Positions 27,285 through 40,871 of a stretch of DNA of 64,000 nucleotides are shown one piece after another; the first letter of the stretch is position 1; each line of letters starts with the position of its first letter. The stretch spans positions 248,001-312,000 of the forward strand of contig JBODTK010000143.1 in assembly GCA_050613775.1 (NCBI GenBank), written 5' to 3'. This DNA is from Neocallimastix sp. 'constans'. Taxonomy: Eukaryota. The position numbers and the translations under genes are program-made. A model generated the notes under the pieces. That model worked only from the letters and a program-made list of their open reading frames with translations. It was not told where the DNA came from and searched no databases.

Positions 27285-27600
27285 TAATAAATAATAAATA
27301 ATAAATAATAAATAATAAATAATAAATAATAAATAATAAATAATAAATAATAAATAATAAATAATAAATAATAAATAATAAATAATAAATAATAAATAAT
27401 AAATAATAAATAATAAATAATAAATAATAAATAATAAATAATAAATAATAAATAATAAATAATAAATAATAAATAATAAATAATAAATAATAAATAATAA
27501 ATAATAAATAATAAATAATAAATAATATATAATAATAAATAATAAATAATAAATAATAAATAATAAATAATAAATAAATAATAAATAATAAATAATAATA
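27285..27600. repeat. (AATAAAT)n heptamer satellite
   Basis: Directly visible; the same unit occurs at 33030-33240. Confidence 0.9.
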
Positions 27601-27991
27601 AAAAGAGTATTTAAAAATAAATAGTATTTGATAAATAGTATTTGATAAATAGTATAAGATAATAAATACTATTTATTAGTATTTTTTAGTATTTAATAGT
27701 ATTAGATAACAGTATTTAATAATAAAATAGTATTTCTTAACTATAATATGATAAGTTTTATTATAAAAATGTTCATTAATTAATAGAATTTCATTACATC
27801 ATTTATTAAGTACTTAATAAATGATGCTTTTTAAGAGAGAGGATAAGAAAAGAAGAATTTATTGGAATAGTTTTCAATAGAAAATTAACCTAAAATTTTT
27901 TAACTATTAAATTTCATACAAATTAAGAGAATCATTAAGAAATTTATTATTATTGGGAAATAATAAATAAATTTTTTATAATAAAAATAAA

Positions 27992-28048
<57 letters not shown>

Positions 28049-29225
28049 TACAAACTTTATTTATTATTTTTTTTTTTATTTTATTTTTATTTATTTATTT
28101 ATTTTTTTTTTTTCACAATTATCTTTTAAAAAAAATGAATATATAAAATCTGAAGTGATAATTATAATAACTATAATAATAGAATTGAGTTAAAATATTA
28201 TCAATGGTATGATTTAACAATTAGATTTCGGAATTTATTTGTTTTATAATTAAGGTTTTTTTTCTTCTTCTTCACACATTACTATTCCATACCAGAATTC
28301 ATTTTATATTAATTTAATTTTAAGAATATAAAAGATATATATAAGAGATTATTTAATAAAAAGGAAAAGCAAAACAGCAACAATATTCAAATTTCAATAA
28401 TATGAGTTTATAATCATTTTTTCTAAATATAAATATTATATATTTTAATAATAAATTCTATTAGATGATATATCATATATTCAATTATTAGTAAAATATA
28501 TTTATATTTAATTTTATATAATATACATATTTACAATTACCTCAAAAACAAAAAAAAAAATAAAAATAAAACTGTTAAATAATTTATAAACCAATAAGTA
28601 TTTTTTATTTATTTATTTGCAATAAATAAAAAAAATATATAATAAAAATATAATAAAGATTTAATGTACTTATTCAAATAACCAATTAAAAATAAATGAC
28701 TTTTGGAATAAATAATTTAATCTTTTTTGAAAGCAATAAAGAAAGCAATAAAGAAGTAAAAAATAAAACAATATAGAAGTAAAAATAAAAAATCTTTATC
28801 ACTTTTATACCACTTATTTAAACTTTATTTTTTTTAAAAAAAAAAAAAGGGATAAGAAAGATTTTTTTAAAAATTAATAATAAATTTTTCAAAATAATAA
28901 TAATAATAATAATAAAAGAAAGAAAGAAAAAAAAAAAAAAAAAAAAAAAGAAAGAAAGAAAGAAAATTGAAAATTAAAGTATAAAATAATACTATCGTAT
29001 ATCAATAGATTTATAATCATAAATTAATATAATTTAATTATAAAAATAATAAAATTAATTTAGAATAAAGATAAAAATAAGTTATTAAAGGTAAGTTATT
29101 ATTACTATTATTATTATTACTGTTATTAATCTTATTTAATTTATTTTTTTTAGAATTATTTATTATTGTTATTTATTTTAAATGATATTTTTGTTTTTAA
29201 TATATTATATATAATACTTTTTATT

Positions 29226-29256
<31 letters not shown>

Positions 29257-29300
29257 ATATTAGATATTTTTATATACAAAATTTTATTTTTTAACCAAAA

Positions 29301-30393
29301 ATGAATTTAGATGACTTAGCTGAAAGAAAAGATCAACAAGCACGTATAATTATGACTTTTATAGTCATGAGTGATTTTCTTTATGGATGGTATCTTATCA
29401 AATCCTTTAATAAATATTTGAAAACCAAGGATTGGCGTTTTTTTTTCCCATTGGTAGCTGCACTTTCAGCATTTATGAATAATATTAATGATATCATCTA
29501 TTTCCTTTTTTATGAATTCTCGGATAATAACTGCGAATTTTTTTTGAAAATGTTTAAATACACAGCATTATTCAACTGGACACCGATATCTTGGTTACAA
29601 ACTTTCAGATTAATTTCATTTACTAAAATTTTTTATAATAAAAAATTTTATTATATGATTTCAGCTATAAATATTTTTCTTAGTGGTGCCTATTCTATCA
29701 GCTATTATTTCAATCTTTTTAATTTTGAAAGCCTTAATCTTAAGGAAGATACCGATCGTTTTATGTTTTGTTCTGTTAAACAAAAAGAAGGCCATGATTA
29801 TACAAATTATGTTATGCTCTCTGATGTTTGTGATTCAGCATTTTCCCTTGGTGTATTAGTTTTTACTGCCTATATGGCATTAGATAGTGTTCAACATTTA
29901 AAATTTCATCATGCCAAAATAAAGCGTATGGTTGAAGAGGGATTAATTCAATTAATTATTCTTACTATATCGAAAATAGTTTGTTATTCAGTGATGTATT
30001 ATCTTATGAAGAAAAATTTAATGATTGTAGATATTGTATGGGATATTTTATCTGTTATTGTCATTATATGTGCCTATCGTTTAGTTAATGTGAGATATAA
30101 AGGAATAACTTGTAAGTTAATTTATTATAACTAATTATATATTTATTTTTATATATTATATATATTATTATAGATAATTTATATATATTATATATATAAT
30201 ACATATATATATGTATATATTTTAATTATTACTATTATATACTAATTTTTGTATTATATATATTTTTTTTTCTTTTTCTTTTTTTTTTTTTTTTTATTCG
30301 TTCCTTTTTTTCTTTTACATAAACTTATATATATATATTAATATATATATATATGCAGTTGTTGATAGCGATGACGATTTAGATCAGTTTTAA
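29301..30393 (+). CDS. Seven-transmembrane GPCR-like protein, 281 aa; exons 29301-30111 and 30359-30393
   Basis: Seven hydrophobic segments, with a Cys before TM3 (DNNCEFF) and a Cys in the TM4-TM5 loop (FMFCSV). The GTAAGT donor at 30112 and CAG acceptor at 30356-30358 give the in-frame C-terminus GITFVDSDDDLDQF*. Probable 5'UTR intron donor at 29091. Confidence 0.8.
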
Positions 30394-33029
30394 ATTTAAC
30401 TTAATACCTAATTAATTAATCAATTATTAAAAAATTGAATTATTAAATTATTTGTTAAAGCAAAAAAAAAAATAAATAAAAATAAAAATAAAAATAAAAA
30501 TAAAAATGAAAAATAAAAGCTATCAAATTAATAATCATTAAAATTGAATAAAATAGAAAAAAAGAAAATCCATCAAATGAATAGACATGATAGACATGAA
30601 AACAGACAAATACTATTAATATTTTGATATAAAAAAAAGAAAAAAAAAAAAATACATAATAAATTAAATATTAATCATATTCAAATTTTATTTTTTTTAA
30701 AACACATTACATTATACCTTTTAATTTATGAATATTTATTTATATAGTATATTTTATATAGTTTATATTTTTATATTTATTTTAGTTTTTTTTTTTTTTT
30801 TTTTTTTTTTTATAGATAAAATAATATTGATATTTTATTATAAATATATTTATAATTTATAAATATATAGATAATAAAATATTAATACTAATATTATGTT
30901 ATCATATATATATATATATTTCTTTTTTTGTTTATTATTACTTTTTTTTTTTTTTTATGCATATCTATATTTTATTTATTTAATTATAAAAATAATAATA
31001 ATAATAAATACAATGTTTAGTTATGTTAATTATTAAATGATTTTTTAAGTATTTTTTTTTTTTTTATTTTTATTTTATTTTTTATTTTTTTGTTTTGGAT
31101 AATAATAATAAAAGATGATTATAATAATAGTAATAGAAGAAATAATTTTAATAATAATAATAATAATAGTAGACTTTAATAATAATATTAATAATATAAG
31201 AAGTGATTTTAATAATAATAAAATAAGAGGTGAATTTAGTAATAATAATTAAAGATGGTTTTAATAATACTAAAAATGATAATAATAATAATAATAAATA
31301 AATAATCATAAAAGAAAAAGAAAAATAGTAATATTATAAGAAATGATTTTAATAATAATTATATAAAAAGATGGTTTTAATAATAAAAAAAATAAAAGAT
31401 AGTCTTAATAGAAAGAAAAATAATATATATAAAAAGTGATGTTATTAATAATATTTAATAATTTAATAATTTAAATAATAATAATCATAAATTTAATATT
31501 ATTTAATAAATAATAACTAATTTAAATCGAAAAATATGTTTAAAAATAATAGTATTATTGGTTTTATTAATAATTAATAATATTTTTATAGAATTTGTTT
31601 AAAAATAAGAAAAAAAAAATATTTAAAAATTTATTACGGTATTGCCCATATCATAGTTCATAGCACTATTGTTATTTAAATATTTAAATATATATTTATG
31701 GTTTTAAGCAACTAATTACTATAAAAATTTTTTTATTTTACTATTGATAAACTAAATTACATATTCCTTTGTTCATTACGATAGTCTTTCAGCATTTATT
31801 TTAACTACTATTATTATGACTTTAAGTTGGTTTAGTTGACTTTGAAAACTTTTTTTTTCGATCATTTATTATATTCACCTATATTTCTGGTTAAAATTTT
31901 AATACACTGGTTTCAATCAGTGGTTTCTTTAATTTTTTTTAGCTTTTTATCTGTTTTTTTAAGTAATTAATTATAATTAAATTTTTTTAATTTTTTTTTT
32001 TAATTATTTTATAATTTCAATAATTAACTTTAAAATAAAAATCAAATCACTATATAACAGAATACAATGATAATATATTATAATCATATATTAATATTCT
32101 ATAGCTATAATATATTAATTTATTAATAAAATATATTCTAATATAATATTAGTTTGTAAAAATTATATTAAGCATTTAAAATATCATATATTGCATTATA
32201 ATAATAATATATTTATGATTAATAATTTATAAAAAAAAGAAATAATAAAAATATAAAAATAAAATAGAAAAAAATAAAAATCGTTAAAAAAGCATGAAAG
32301 ATAATATGCATTTTTGTTGCAAAAAAAAAAAAAAGATATAAAATATAAATTATATTATAATAATTACAATAATCTTTTTCATTATAATTATTATTAGTTC
32401 AAGTGTTTTATAATTAGTAATCATTAACACTATTAATTAATATTATCAATTATAAATATTATTTATTATTTATTATATATTATTTAATAATTATTTTTTT
32501 TTATTTTTTATTTTTTGAATGATCATTAATCAAAATAAATTAATTAATATATAAATCAATATAAATTAATATAAACATAAATAAATTTAACTGTTTATTA
32601 TTAATATAATGTAATATGATAGAATTAATATTATTAATATAAATAACTTAAAATATAACTTGAATTGTTTATGTAACTAATGCTAAATTAAATGTAATGT
32701 AATGTAGATGTAATAACCTTTTTTAATAATAAAAATTTAATTTTTGTACTACATAATGTATTTATAGATTGAATAATTAATAATAAAATTTTTAAAACCT
32801 TTTTTTGATTAATTAATTTATATATAATGCAATATATTGAAAAACTATTGCCTTAATATATTAATTAATTTAACAATACAAAATTATTAATTATAAATTT
32901 TTTTCCAAATTTTATAATTAAAATGGGAAAAGTCAATTACGATTATAAAAATATATAAACAGAACAATAAATAATTATACTTGTATATATATTATATATC
33001 TTTAAATAATATATAATTGGATCTAATTC

Positions 33030-33240
33030 ATAAATAATAATAAATAATAAATAATAAATAATAAATAATAAATAATAAATAATAAATAATAAATAATAAA
33101 TAATAAATAATAAATAATAAATAATAAATAATAAATAATAAATAATAAATAATAAATAATAAATAATAAATAATAAATAATAAATAATAAATAATAAATA
33201 ATAAATAATAAATAATAAATAATAAATAATAAATAATAAA
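33030..33240. repeat. (AATAAAT)n heptamer satellite
   Basis: Directly visible. Confidence 0.9.
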
Positions 33241-33980
33241 GACAGTATTATTAATAATTGAATGAATATTAAATAATAAATATTAAATAATAAATAAATA
33301 AAAAAATAATAAATAAATAAATAAATAATAAATAAATAAATAAATAATAAATAAATAATAAAATAATGAAATAAATTTTACTATTTACTATTTAATATTA
33401 ATTTATATTATTTAAATAATAATAATTATAATTAGTTATTTAATATTAAATATTTATTATTATATAATTATCATTATTATTCATTGATTCATTGTTTGAT
33501 TATTATTATTCATTATTTGATTATAATTATTTATGATTTAATTATAATTATTTTAATAAAAACGAAAAAAAGAAAAAAAAAAATTTTTTTTTCTTCTTTT
33601 TTACTTTTATCTTCGTTATTTAATATTTATTTAAGAGTTCGATTAAATTTTTTTTTTTCTTTTAAAGTAATTTATATTTTTAATTTATTATTTTAAGACA
33701 ATTATTTATATAAATTATTTATTTTCTATTTTGAATTGCTATTTTTTTTTTTGTTAAAAAGAAAAAACATAAAAATAGAAAATAAAATTGTATATTTATC
33801 TATTTTCTATATAATATAAAAATTTAATTTTCACCCTTCCTTTTACAAAAAAAGATTTTATATATAATAAAATCAGTGAAAATTTTATTAGGATTGGGTG
33901 AGAATTAAAGTAAAGGATCTATTAAAGAAAAAAACAAAAGAAAAGGAAATTATTAGAAATAATTTAACCCTTCTTTAAAC

Positions 33981-34013
<33 letters not shown>

Positions 34014-35327
34014 TATAACTGTTATGAGTATAGTATAAATTAAAAAAAGAAAAAATAATAATAAATTTTAAGAAAAAAACTATTATCAATTATAGTCTTT
34101 TTATTTTTTATTATTTTTCTTCTTTTTTTTTTTAAAATAATAAAATATAGAAAGAAAGAACTTAATTTTATATTTTTATAGACAAATTCTAGATATAACA
34201 GCTTTTTAGCCAAAAAGTAAATAATAAAACAATAAATAATTAAATAGATATTCTTTTAAAAAGAAAAATATTAGAGAAAAACGAATAATAATTAAAAATA
34301 TATATATAACTTAAAAAAGTAAAATATTTTAAATCCTTTTTTTTATTTTATATTTTCCTTTTAAACCTTTCTTTATACAAAGGAATTTGAAAATAAAAGA
34401 AAAAAAAAGGTATTAAAATAATATACTATAAGAATAAAATAATTAAAAGAAAAAAAAAGGTAAATTTTAAAATATTTATTTAAAATAATTAACATATAAA
34501 ATGAATAAAAATATATAACATTTTTAAATATTGACTATTAAATATTATATATTCTTATGTATATATGAACTATTTAAATATTTTTACCTTCTTTATAAAT
34601 AATGGATTATATATATTTATAATCTTAATTAGATTCCCTTTATTTATATTTATATAAAAGTGAATTTCAAATATACTTTTTATATTTATTTATTTATAAG
34701 AAAATTATTTTCAAGATTATCCATTCAATATATTATTCAATATTATTCAATAGTAAATAATAAAAATATCATACGACGCCTTTTTAAAATTGATAAATAA
34801 ATTTAATATAAAATAGAATTTTTATAAATTCAAAGAAAAAAAAAAAATAGGATATTCTATTTATGAAATTATAACAAAATAGTGTTCAACTTATTCAATA
34901 GTATATTGTAGTTTTATTTACTATAATAATATCACCAAAAAAAAAAAAAAAAAAATAAAATAAAATAAATACTATCGAAAGTATATTTATATTGATTTAT
35001 TATATATATTATAATTAATAGTATTAATTTATGCTATTTATTTCTATATATATATAAATTTTATAGATATTTTATTTTTTATTTATCTTTTATATTATAA
35101 TTTAAGGTATTTATCAATTTAATTGATATATATTAATTATATATAATAAGATAAAAAAAGAATAATAATCCCTATATTTTATTGTGAATAGTTTAAAAAA
35201 TATTTATATATATCATTTAATATATTATATAAAAAAAGTTGATTTTAATAATATTTTATTTTATATATCCAATATAAAAAAATAGTTATTTTTTGTATTA
35301 AATTTTATATAAAAGAAATATTATACG

Positions 35328-35368
<41 letters not shown>

Positions 35369-35519
35369 GTGTTAATATATTATAATTTTATAATTGTTAT
35401 TTTATATTATTATAATATTTATTTTTTTTTTTTTATTTATTAAAAAATTTATACTATTCATTATAACAAAAAATAAAAATATTATTCCCAAACTTTATAA
35501 GAAATAATAATATATATAA

Positions 35520-38500
35520 ATGCCGAATCATAATTTGATTTATCAAGATGTTCTTCTTGTAGAATGTCTTGAAGCTATTCGTACTTTACCAGCTCATTTA
35601 TATACTCAACAAATATCACAAGTAGTAGCAAAAATAGAAGATCATCTTTCTCTTGCTATTCCAGTTACTACATTTAATCGTTTTGCTAAAAAGTATTATT
35701 CACCATTCAATAGAAAGAAGTTTAATAAAATATCAAGAGTTGTCAATGTCACTACACAAGAATACCCAAAACCAAAATTCAAGGTTCATCGCCCATGTCG
35801 TCCACAGGATATTCAACCAGATGTTTTAAGATATATTTGTAAAATTATACATGGTAAACGTAGAGATAATAATAGAGATTTACTTAATTTCGGTTTAACC
35901 TGTAAAAATTGGTGTAAAGCTGCCTTAAAAGAACTTTACTATTCGCCAAACTTTGATTCTATTGAAAAACTTTCAAATTTGAGTGTAAGTATTTCTTATA
36001 TTGATGTTAAACCAAGATACGTTAATTATATTCAAGAACTTCACCTTCCAAGAGTTCCAGAATCAAAGAATACTATTCTTTACAGAAAACATGTAGAATC
36101 TATTGCTGCTGGTGGTAATATTGTATGTCTTACTGCCCCAAGTATCAAAATTGATTTCTTAAATAGAATTCTTTTCTACTGTCCAAATATTGAACGTTTA
36201 AGTATTGATTCTGTTGTATTATTAGATGAAGAGTCAGATAATGCTGTTGAAATTCAAATGCTTGCTCAACAATGTGAATGTCTTATGGATGTTCGTTTTG
36301 AATTTGTAGAAAGTCCAAAATTCATTTATGAAGATTCTACTGATGGTGGTACAGATATTTCTCAATTACAAAATGAAGAATATTCATTCCAAATGGCTGG
36401 TCATGAGGGTAATTTTTATAATACTAATAATAATGAAAATTATATTATAAGTAATAATAATATAAGTGATTTGAGTAGTATGAATTTAAATAAATTAAAT
36501 AATATGAATAATACGGATAATATGGTAATGATAAGAGGTAATATGAGTAATATGAATAATAAGGTGATAAGCGGTAAAATGATTAATATAAATTTAAGTA
36601 ATAAGGATGATAATAATAATAATAATAATTATAATAATAATAATGGTTTAAGTAATAAAAGTAATTATAATTCAGATAAAAACAGGAATGATGATAAAAA
36701 TAAAAGTAGTTTAAAGAAATGGAGCAGTGTCGATAATAATTTAAATAATCAAAATAAAACAAAATATAATATTAAAAGATTGAGTAGTAGTGCGTTATAT
36801 TCATTATCTAATAATAATACTAATCCTTCTTCTAATATTAAAAAACCATCTCTTTTACCCGTACCAAAACTTATGATTTCTACCTCTCCTAAATCCTCTT
36901 CAAATCTTTCAATATCTACCACTCTTTCACCAATTTCTGTAAATCCACCTTCCATGGAATATCCTAATAATCAAAATAATAATACTAATAATAATACCTC
37001 TAATACCAATTTCAATTATAATGATAATGAAAACAATGACAATAACGACAATGACATTAATCATAATAAACAATATAATATTAATTCCAATAAAAACAAT
37101 AAAACTAATAATATCGATACAAAAATAAATAATACCAATACCAATACCAATACCAATAAATTTAATTCAAATATTAACAAATTTAATTCCACTATTAATA
37201 AATTTAATTCATATTCATCATCTTCAAATATTTCATATAAAAAAGGATCTTCGATTCCAATACCAATTGGTTCATCAGGATCATCTGTTATGTCATCTTC
37301 TCCACCATCTAAAAGTTTCGGTGGTTCTTCTCGTTTTGGTGGAGTAGGTAACAAAAAATCTTTTGATAATGGTAATGTATTTATGGATAGACCAGCATCT
37401 GCTCTTTCTCTTTCCAACTACCAAAGTCCAACTCATACAAGTAGTGGATCCTTTGAATTCCCAAGTGGTGGTGTTGGTAATATTGCTGCCTTCTTCGATA
37501 GACCATCCTCTGCTCTTTCTAATGCTAGTAATACCACTAATAATTCTACCTCTGACTTGAAACACATTGTACAAATGGAAGATGTTGTATTAAATGGTTT
37601 AGGTAGAAAATTGGAGGTCTTAGTTAAGCGTCATTTATCTTTATCTGCTATTAATGGTTTAGTTAAACATTGTCCACAACTTAAGAAGATTCGTTTAATC
37701 GATCCTATGGATTGTTTACCTTCTCTTCCAAAGTTTGAAAACTTACAAACTCTTGATATTACCACTTCTAGAAAGAGTCACATTAAACAATTCAGTCATA
37801 TATTTAATTCACGTACTTTCACTCGTTTAGAACATATTAAGATTGAATATGAACCACCAAATAATCGTCCAATTCAAAGATTGGATCAACTCTTATTCCA
37901 CTTCTCAATGAGTGCCATTCTTTCACATTGTCCACGTTTAAAGTCCCTTATCCATCCAATATATCCAACAACTCAGGATGAATTTTTAAATCTTTTAAAG
38001 ACTATGCGTTCACTTCCAGATCTTAGGGCTCTTTCTCTTCGTAACTTTGTTAATGATCGTCTTCTTACCACTGTTTCTCAAAAATTCCCTAATTTGGAAG
38101 CACTTGATATTTCGAATACTTGCTATGTTAGTGGTTATGGTATTGTAGATGTTGTTGTTAACTGTGTAAAGTTAAGATACTTTGGTATTCACGGTATTCC
38201 AATTTGTGCTGATGATATTAAAGAAATTCAAAGAAGACTTCCAAAATGTCATATCTTTTCACAATTTGATCCAAAGTGGATTTGGAGTGAAAGAATGTAT
38301 TACCTTTGGGATACAGTTATTTATAAGGATGATGAATGGAAAAAGAATGAAAACTATGAAGAAGAAGAAGAAGAAGAAGAAGAATCTGTTGAAGTTACTC
38401 AAGAAAATGAGAATGAAAATGAAATTGAAGAAGTTAATACTACATCTGAAATTTCTGAATCTGTTCAAGAATCTGAAATAACTCAAGAAGCTCAAGAACA

Positions 38501-39353
38501 AGAATCAGAACAAGAATCAGAAAATGGTAATCATTCAAATGTTACCTCTCCTACTACCCCAACCATTTCAATTAACCCAGATAATGAAAAATTTAATTTT
38601 GAAGGTATCAAAATGAATAATGAAGCTGATGTTCCAACTCCAATTGCTTCTGAAGATGAAGAAGATCATGTAGAAAGTACTCCAACTTTAAATCATGAAG
38701 CAATTCATAAACCAAATCTACCAAAAGATGAATTAACTTCTGAAGAAGTAGAAGAAGAATATCAACCATCAACAGAACCAATCCAAGAAAAACAACATCC
38801 AGAAGAAGAAGAGGAAGAAGATGAACAAATTCAAATGCCAAGTCCAAATTTTGAAGAAAAAATTCCAAGTCCAAAATTTAAAGAAGAAAAAAAATCGTCA
38901 AGTCCTCTTATGAATGAATTTGATGAAGATAATGAAGAATTAACTATAAGAGGAACTTCTGGTAAGAATAATCAAACTACTTTCGTTGAAGATAATAATA
39001 GTATTGATGAAGATTATATAAATGATGACTATAGTCGTACCTTTAATCAACAAGAAGAAATTATTCAAGATTCCTCTGCTGTTGATACCACAACCAATTT
39101 AATTAATATAGAAGAAGATGATCATAGTAGTACTATTCAAGAAGAAATTCAAAGTCAAAATAATCAAAAGAAAGAACAACAAAATCTAAACCATGATGAA
39201 GATTTACAAATAAAAGAAGATATAAAAGGATTATTAGAAAATACAATATTTATGGAGGATGAAAAACCTTCTGTTAATATTAATGATAATAAAAAGACTA
39301 TTTCTGGAGAGAATATAACTCATAAGGATAGTCTTTATTCCTTTGAAGAATAA
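35520..39353 (+). CDS. F-box/leucine-rich-repeat (RNI-like) protein, 1277 aa, with Asn/Ser-rich insertion and acidic tail
   Basis: F-box-like segment QPDVLRYICKII...RDLLNFGLTCKNWCKAALKELY. AMN1-type LRRs: YCPNIERLSI, HCPQLKKIRL, HCPRLKSL, KFPNLEALDIS, NCVKLRYFGI. Host-like T-ending codon bias. Confidence 0.88.
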   Translation: MPNHNLIYQDVLLVECLEAIRTLPAHLYTQQISQVVAKIEDHLSLAIPVTTFNRFAKKYYSPFNRKKFNKISRVVNVTTQEYPKPKFKVHRPCRPQDIQPDVLRYICKIIHGKRRDNNRDLLNFGLTCKNWCKAALKELYYSPNFDSIEKLSNLSVSISYIDVKPRYVNYIQELHLPRVPESKNTILYRKHVESIAAGGNIVCLTAPSIKIDFLNRILFYCPNIERLSIDSVVLLDEESDNAVEIQMLAQQCECLMDVRFEFVESPKFIYEDSTDGGTDISQLQNEEYSFQMAGHEGNFYNTNNNENYIISNNNISDLSSMNLNKLNNMNNTDNMVMIRGNMSNMNNKVISGKMININLSNKDDNNNNNNYNNNNGLSNKSNYNSDKNRNDDKNKSSLKKWSSVDNNLNNQNKTKYNIKRLSSSALYSLSNNNTNPSSNIKKPSLLPVPKLMISTSPKSSSNLSISTTLSPISVNPPSMEYPNNQNNNTNNNTSNTNFNYNDNENNDNNDNDINHNKQYNINSNKNNKTNNIDTKINNTNTNTNTNKFNSNINKFNSTINKFNSYSSSSNISYKKGSSIPIPIGSSGSSVMSSSPPSKSFGGSSRFGGVGNKKSFDNGNVFMDRPASALSLSNYQSPTHTSSGSFEFPSGGVGNIAAFFDRPSSALSNASNTTNNSTSDLKHIVQMEDVVLNGLGRKLEVLVKRHLSLSAINGLVKHCPQLKKIRLIDPMDCLPSLPKFENLQTLDITTSRKSHIKQFSHIFNSRTFTRLEHIKIEYEPPNNRPIQRLDQLLFHFSMSAILSHCPRLKSLIHPIYPTTQDEFLNLLKTMRSLPDLRALSLRNFVNDRLLTTVSQKFPNLEALDISNTCYVSGYGIVDVVVNCVKLRYFGIHGIPICADDIKEIQRRLPKCHIFSQFDPKWIWSERMYYLWDTVIYKDDEWKKNENYEEEEEEEEESVEVTQENENENEIEEVNTTSEISESVQESEITQEAQEQESEQESENGNHSNVTSPTTPTISINPDNEKFNFEGIKMNNEADVPTPIASEDEEDHVESTPTLNHEAIHKPNLPKDELTSEEVEEEYQPSTEPIQEKQHPEEEEEEDEQIQMPSPNFEEKIPSPKFKEEKKSSSPLMNEFDEDNEELTIRGTSGKNNQTTFVEDNNSIDEDYINDDYSRTFNQQEEIIQDSSAVDTTTNLINIEEDDHSSTIQEEIQSQNNQKKEQQNLNHDEDLQIKEDIKGLLENTIFMEDEKPSVNINDNKKTISGENITHKDSLYSFEE

Positions 39354-39476
39354 TTTAACTTTTTTTTTTTTTATTACAATAATTTTTATTAAATAAATAT
39401 CATACTATAGTAATTAATAATATAATATAATTAATAAAATTAATATAATTCATAAAAAAATAAATTTTAAAATTTT

Positions 39477-39520
<44 letters not shown>

Positions 39521-40129
39521 ATATTATTAAATAGATATAGTTTTTTTTTTTTTTTTTTTTTTTTTTAATTATATAATATATAAATCATTTATAAAGGATT
39601 TTATATATGTATATATTATATATTATAAAAGAAAAAAAAAAAAAAAAAAAAAAGGAATAAGAAAAAAAAAAAATATATCATAAATTAATAATTATATCTT
39701 CTTATATTATATTAAATAAATTAATTAATTTTAAAAAAAAAAATAATAATAAAAGAAAGAAATAACAAAAAGAAAAAAAAAAAAGAAATTTCTTTAAACA
39801 ATAAATTTTTATTTATATGACCAAAAAAAAAAAAAAAAGTATTTTCAAAATGAATAGTTTATTTTATTTAAGTTCTCCTACATAAATAATACTAATAGCA
39901 ATGAAAAATTATAAATAGTAATCATAATAATTGAAACGAATTTTTTCTTGTGTATATATAATTCTTTATATATATAAATATAAATATATATATTACTGGC
40001 ACAGTTTCTAAAAATACTGTGCTGGTCTATAGACTTTTTCCTTCTGGGTGTTTTTAATTTAAAAAATTTTTTTTTTTTTTTGTTTTCTTTTTTCATTTTT
40101 TTTTACTTTATATATATATTATTTTTATC

Positions 40130-40245
<116 letters not shown>

Positions 40246-40871
40246 TAAAAATAAAAATAAATTTTTTTAAAAAAAAAAAAAAAAAAGTAGCACAATATAT
40301 AAAAGTCATAATTAAAAATATAAAAAATATAAAAAATATAGAGATATTATATTATGTTTAAATTACTATAGTTTTTTTTTAAAAAAAAAAATAAAATATA
40401 AATATACATATATATATATATATAAATTTGAAATACGAAATATAAAAAAAATTCCAATAAAAATATAAAATAGAAATAAAAAAAAAAATAAAATAAAATA
40501 AAAAATAAACTGTTAGAATATGTGAAATGTATGAAAAATAAGCTTCAAATGTATTGAAACATATTGTGTCATTTCGAAAATTTTTATTACATAAATTTGT
40601 ATTTTGTTGTAGTGTATTTCGGAAAACATGGCGTATTATAATGTGATAAATAAATAAATGAATAAATAAATTATAAATGAATAAATAAATTTTTAAATAA
40701 TAATAAAAATAATTAAGACAAACGTTTATTATGACTAAAAAAATTTTTTTTAGAAAATTAAAAATATATATATATAATTACTACATATATAAAATATTTA
40801 TTATATTTTTTTTATTTTATTTTAAATATTATTAATTATTATTAATACATTAATACCTTGTTTATATTATC

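Noticed and set aside
31090..31480. Asn/Arg-rich repeat resembling coding sequence (RSDFNNN, RGEFSNNN, DGFNN)
   Set aside because: Multiple stops and frameshifts with no start or splice model; at most an unassignable remnant.
36749..38874. Short ORFs overlapping the F-box/LRR gene
   Set aside because: Antisense or off-frame shadows.
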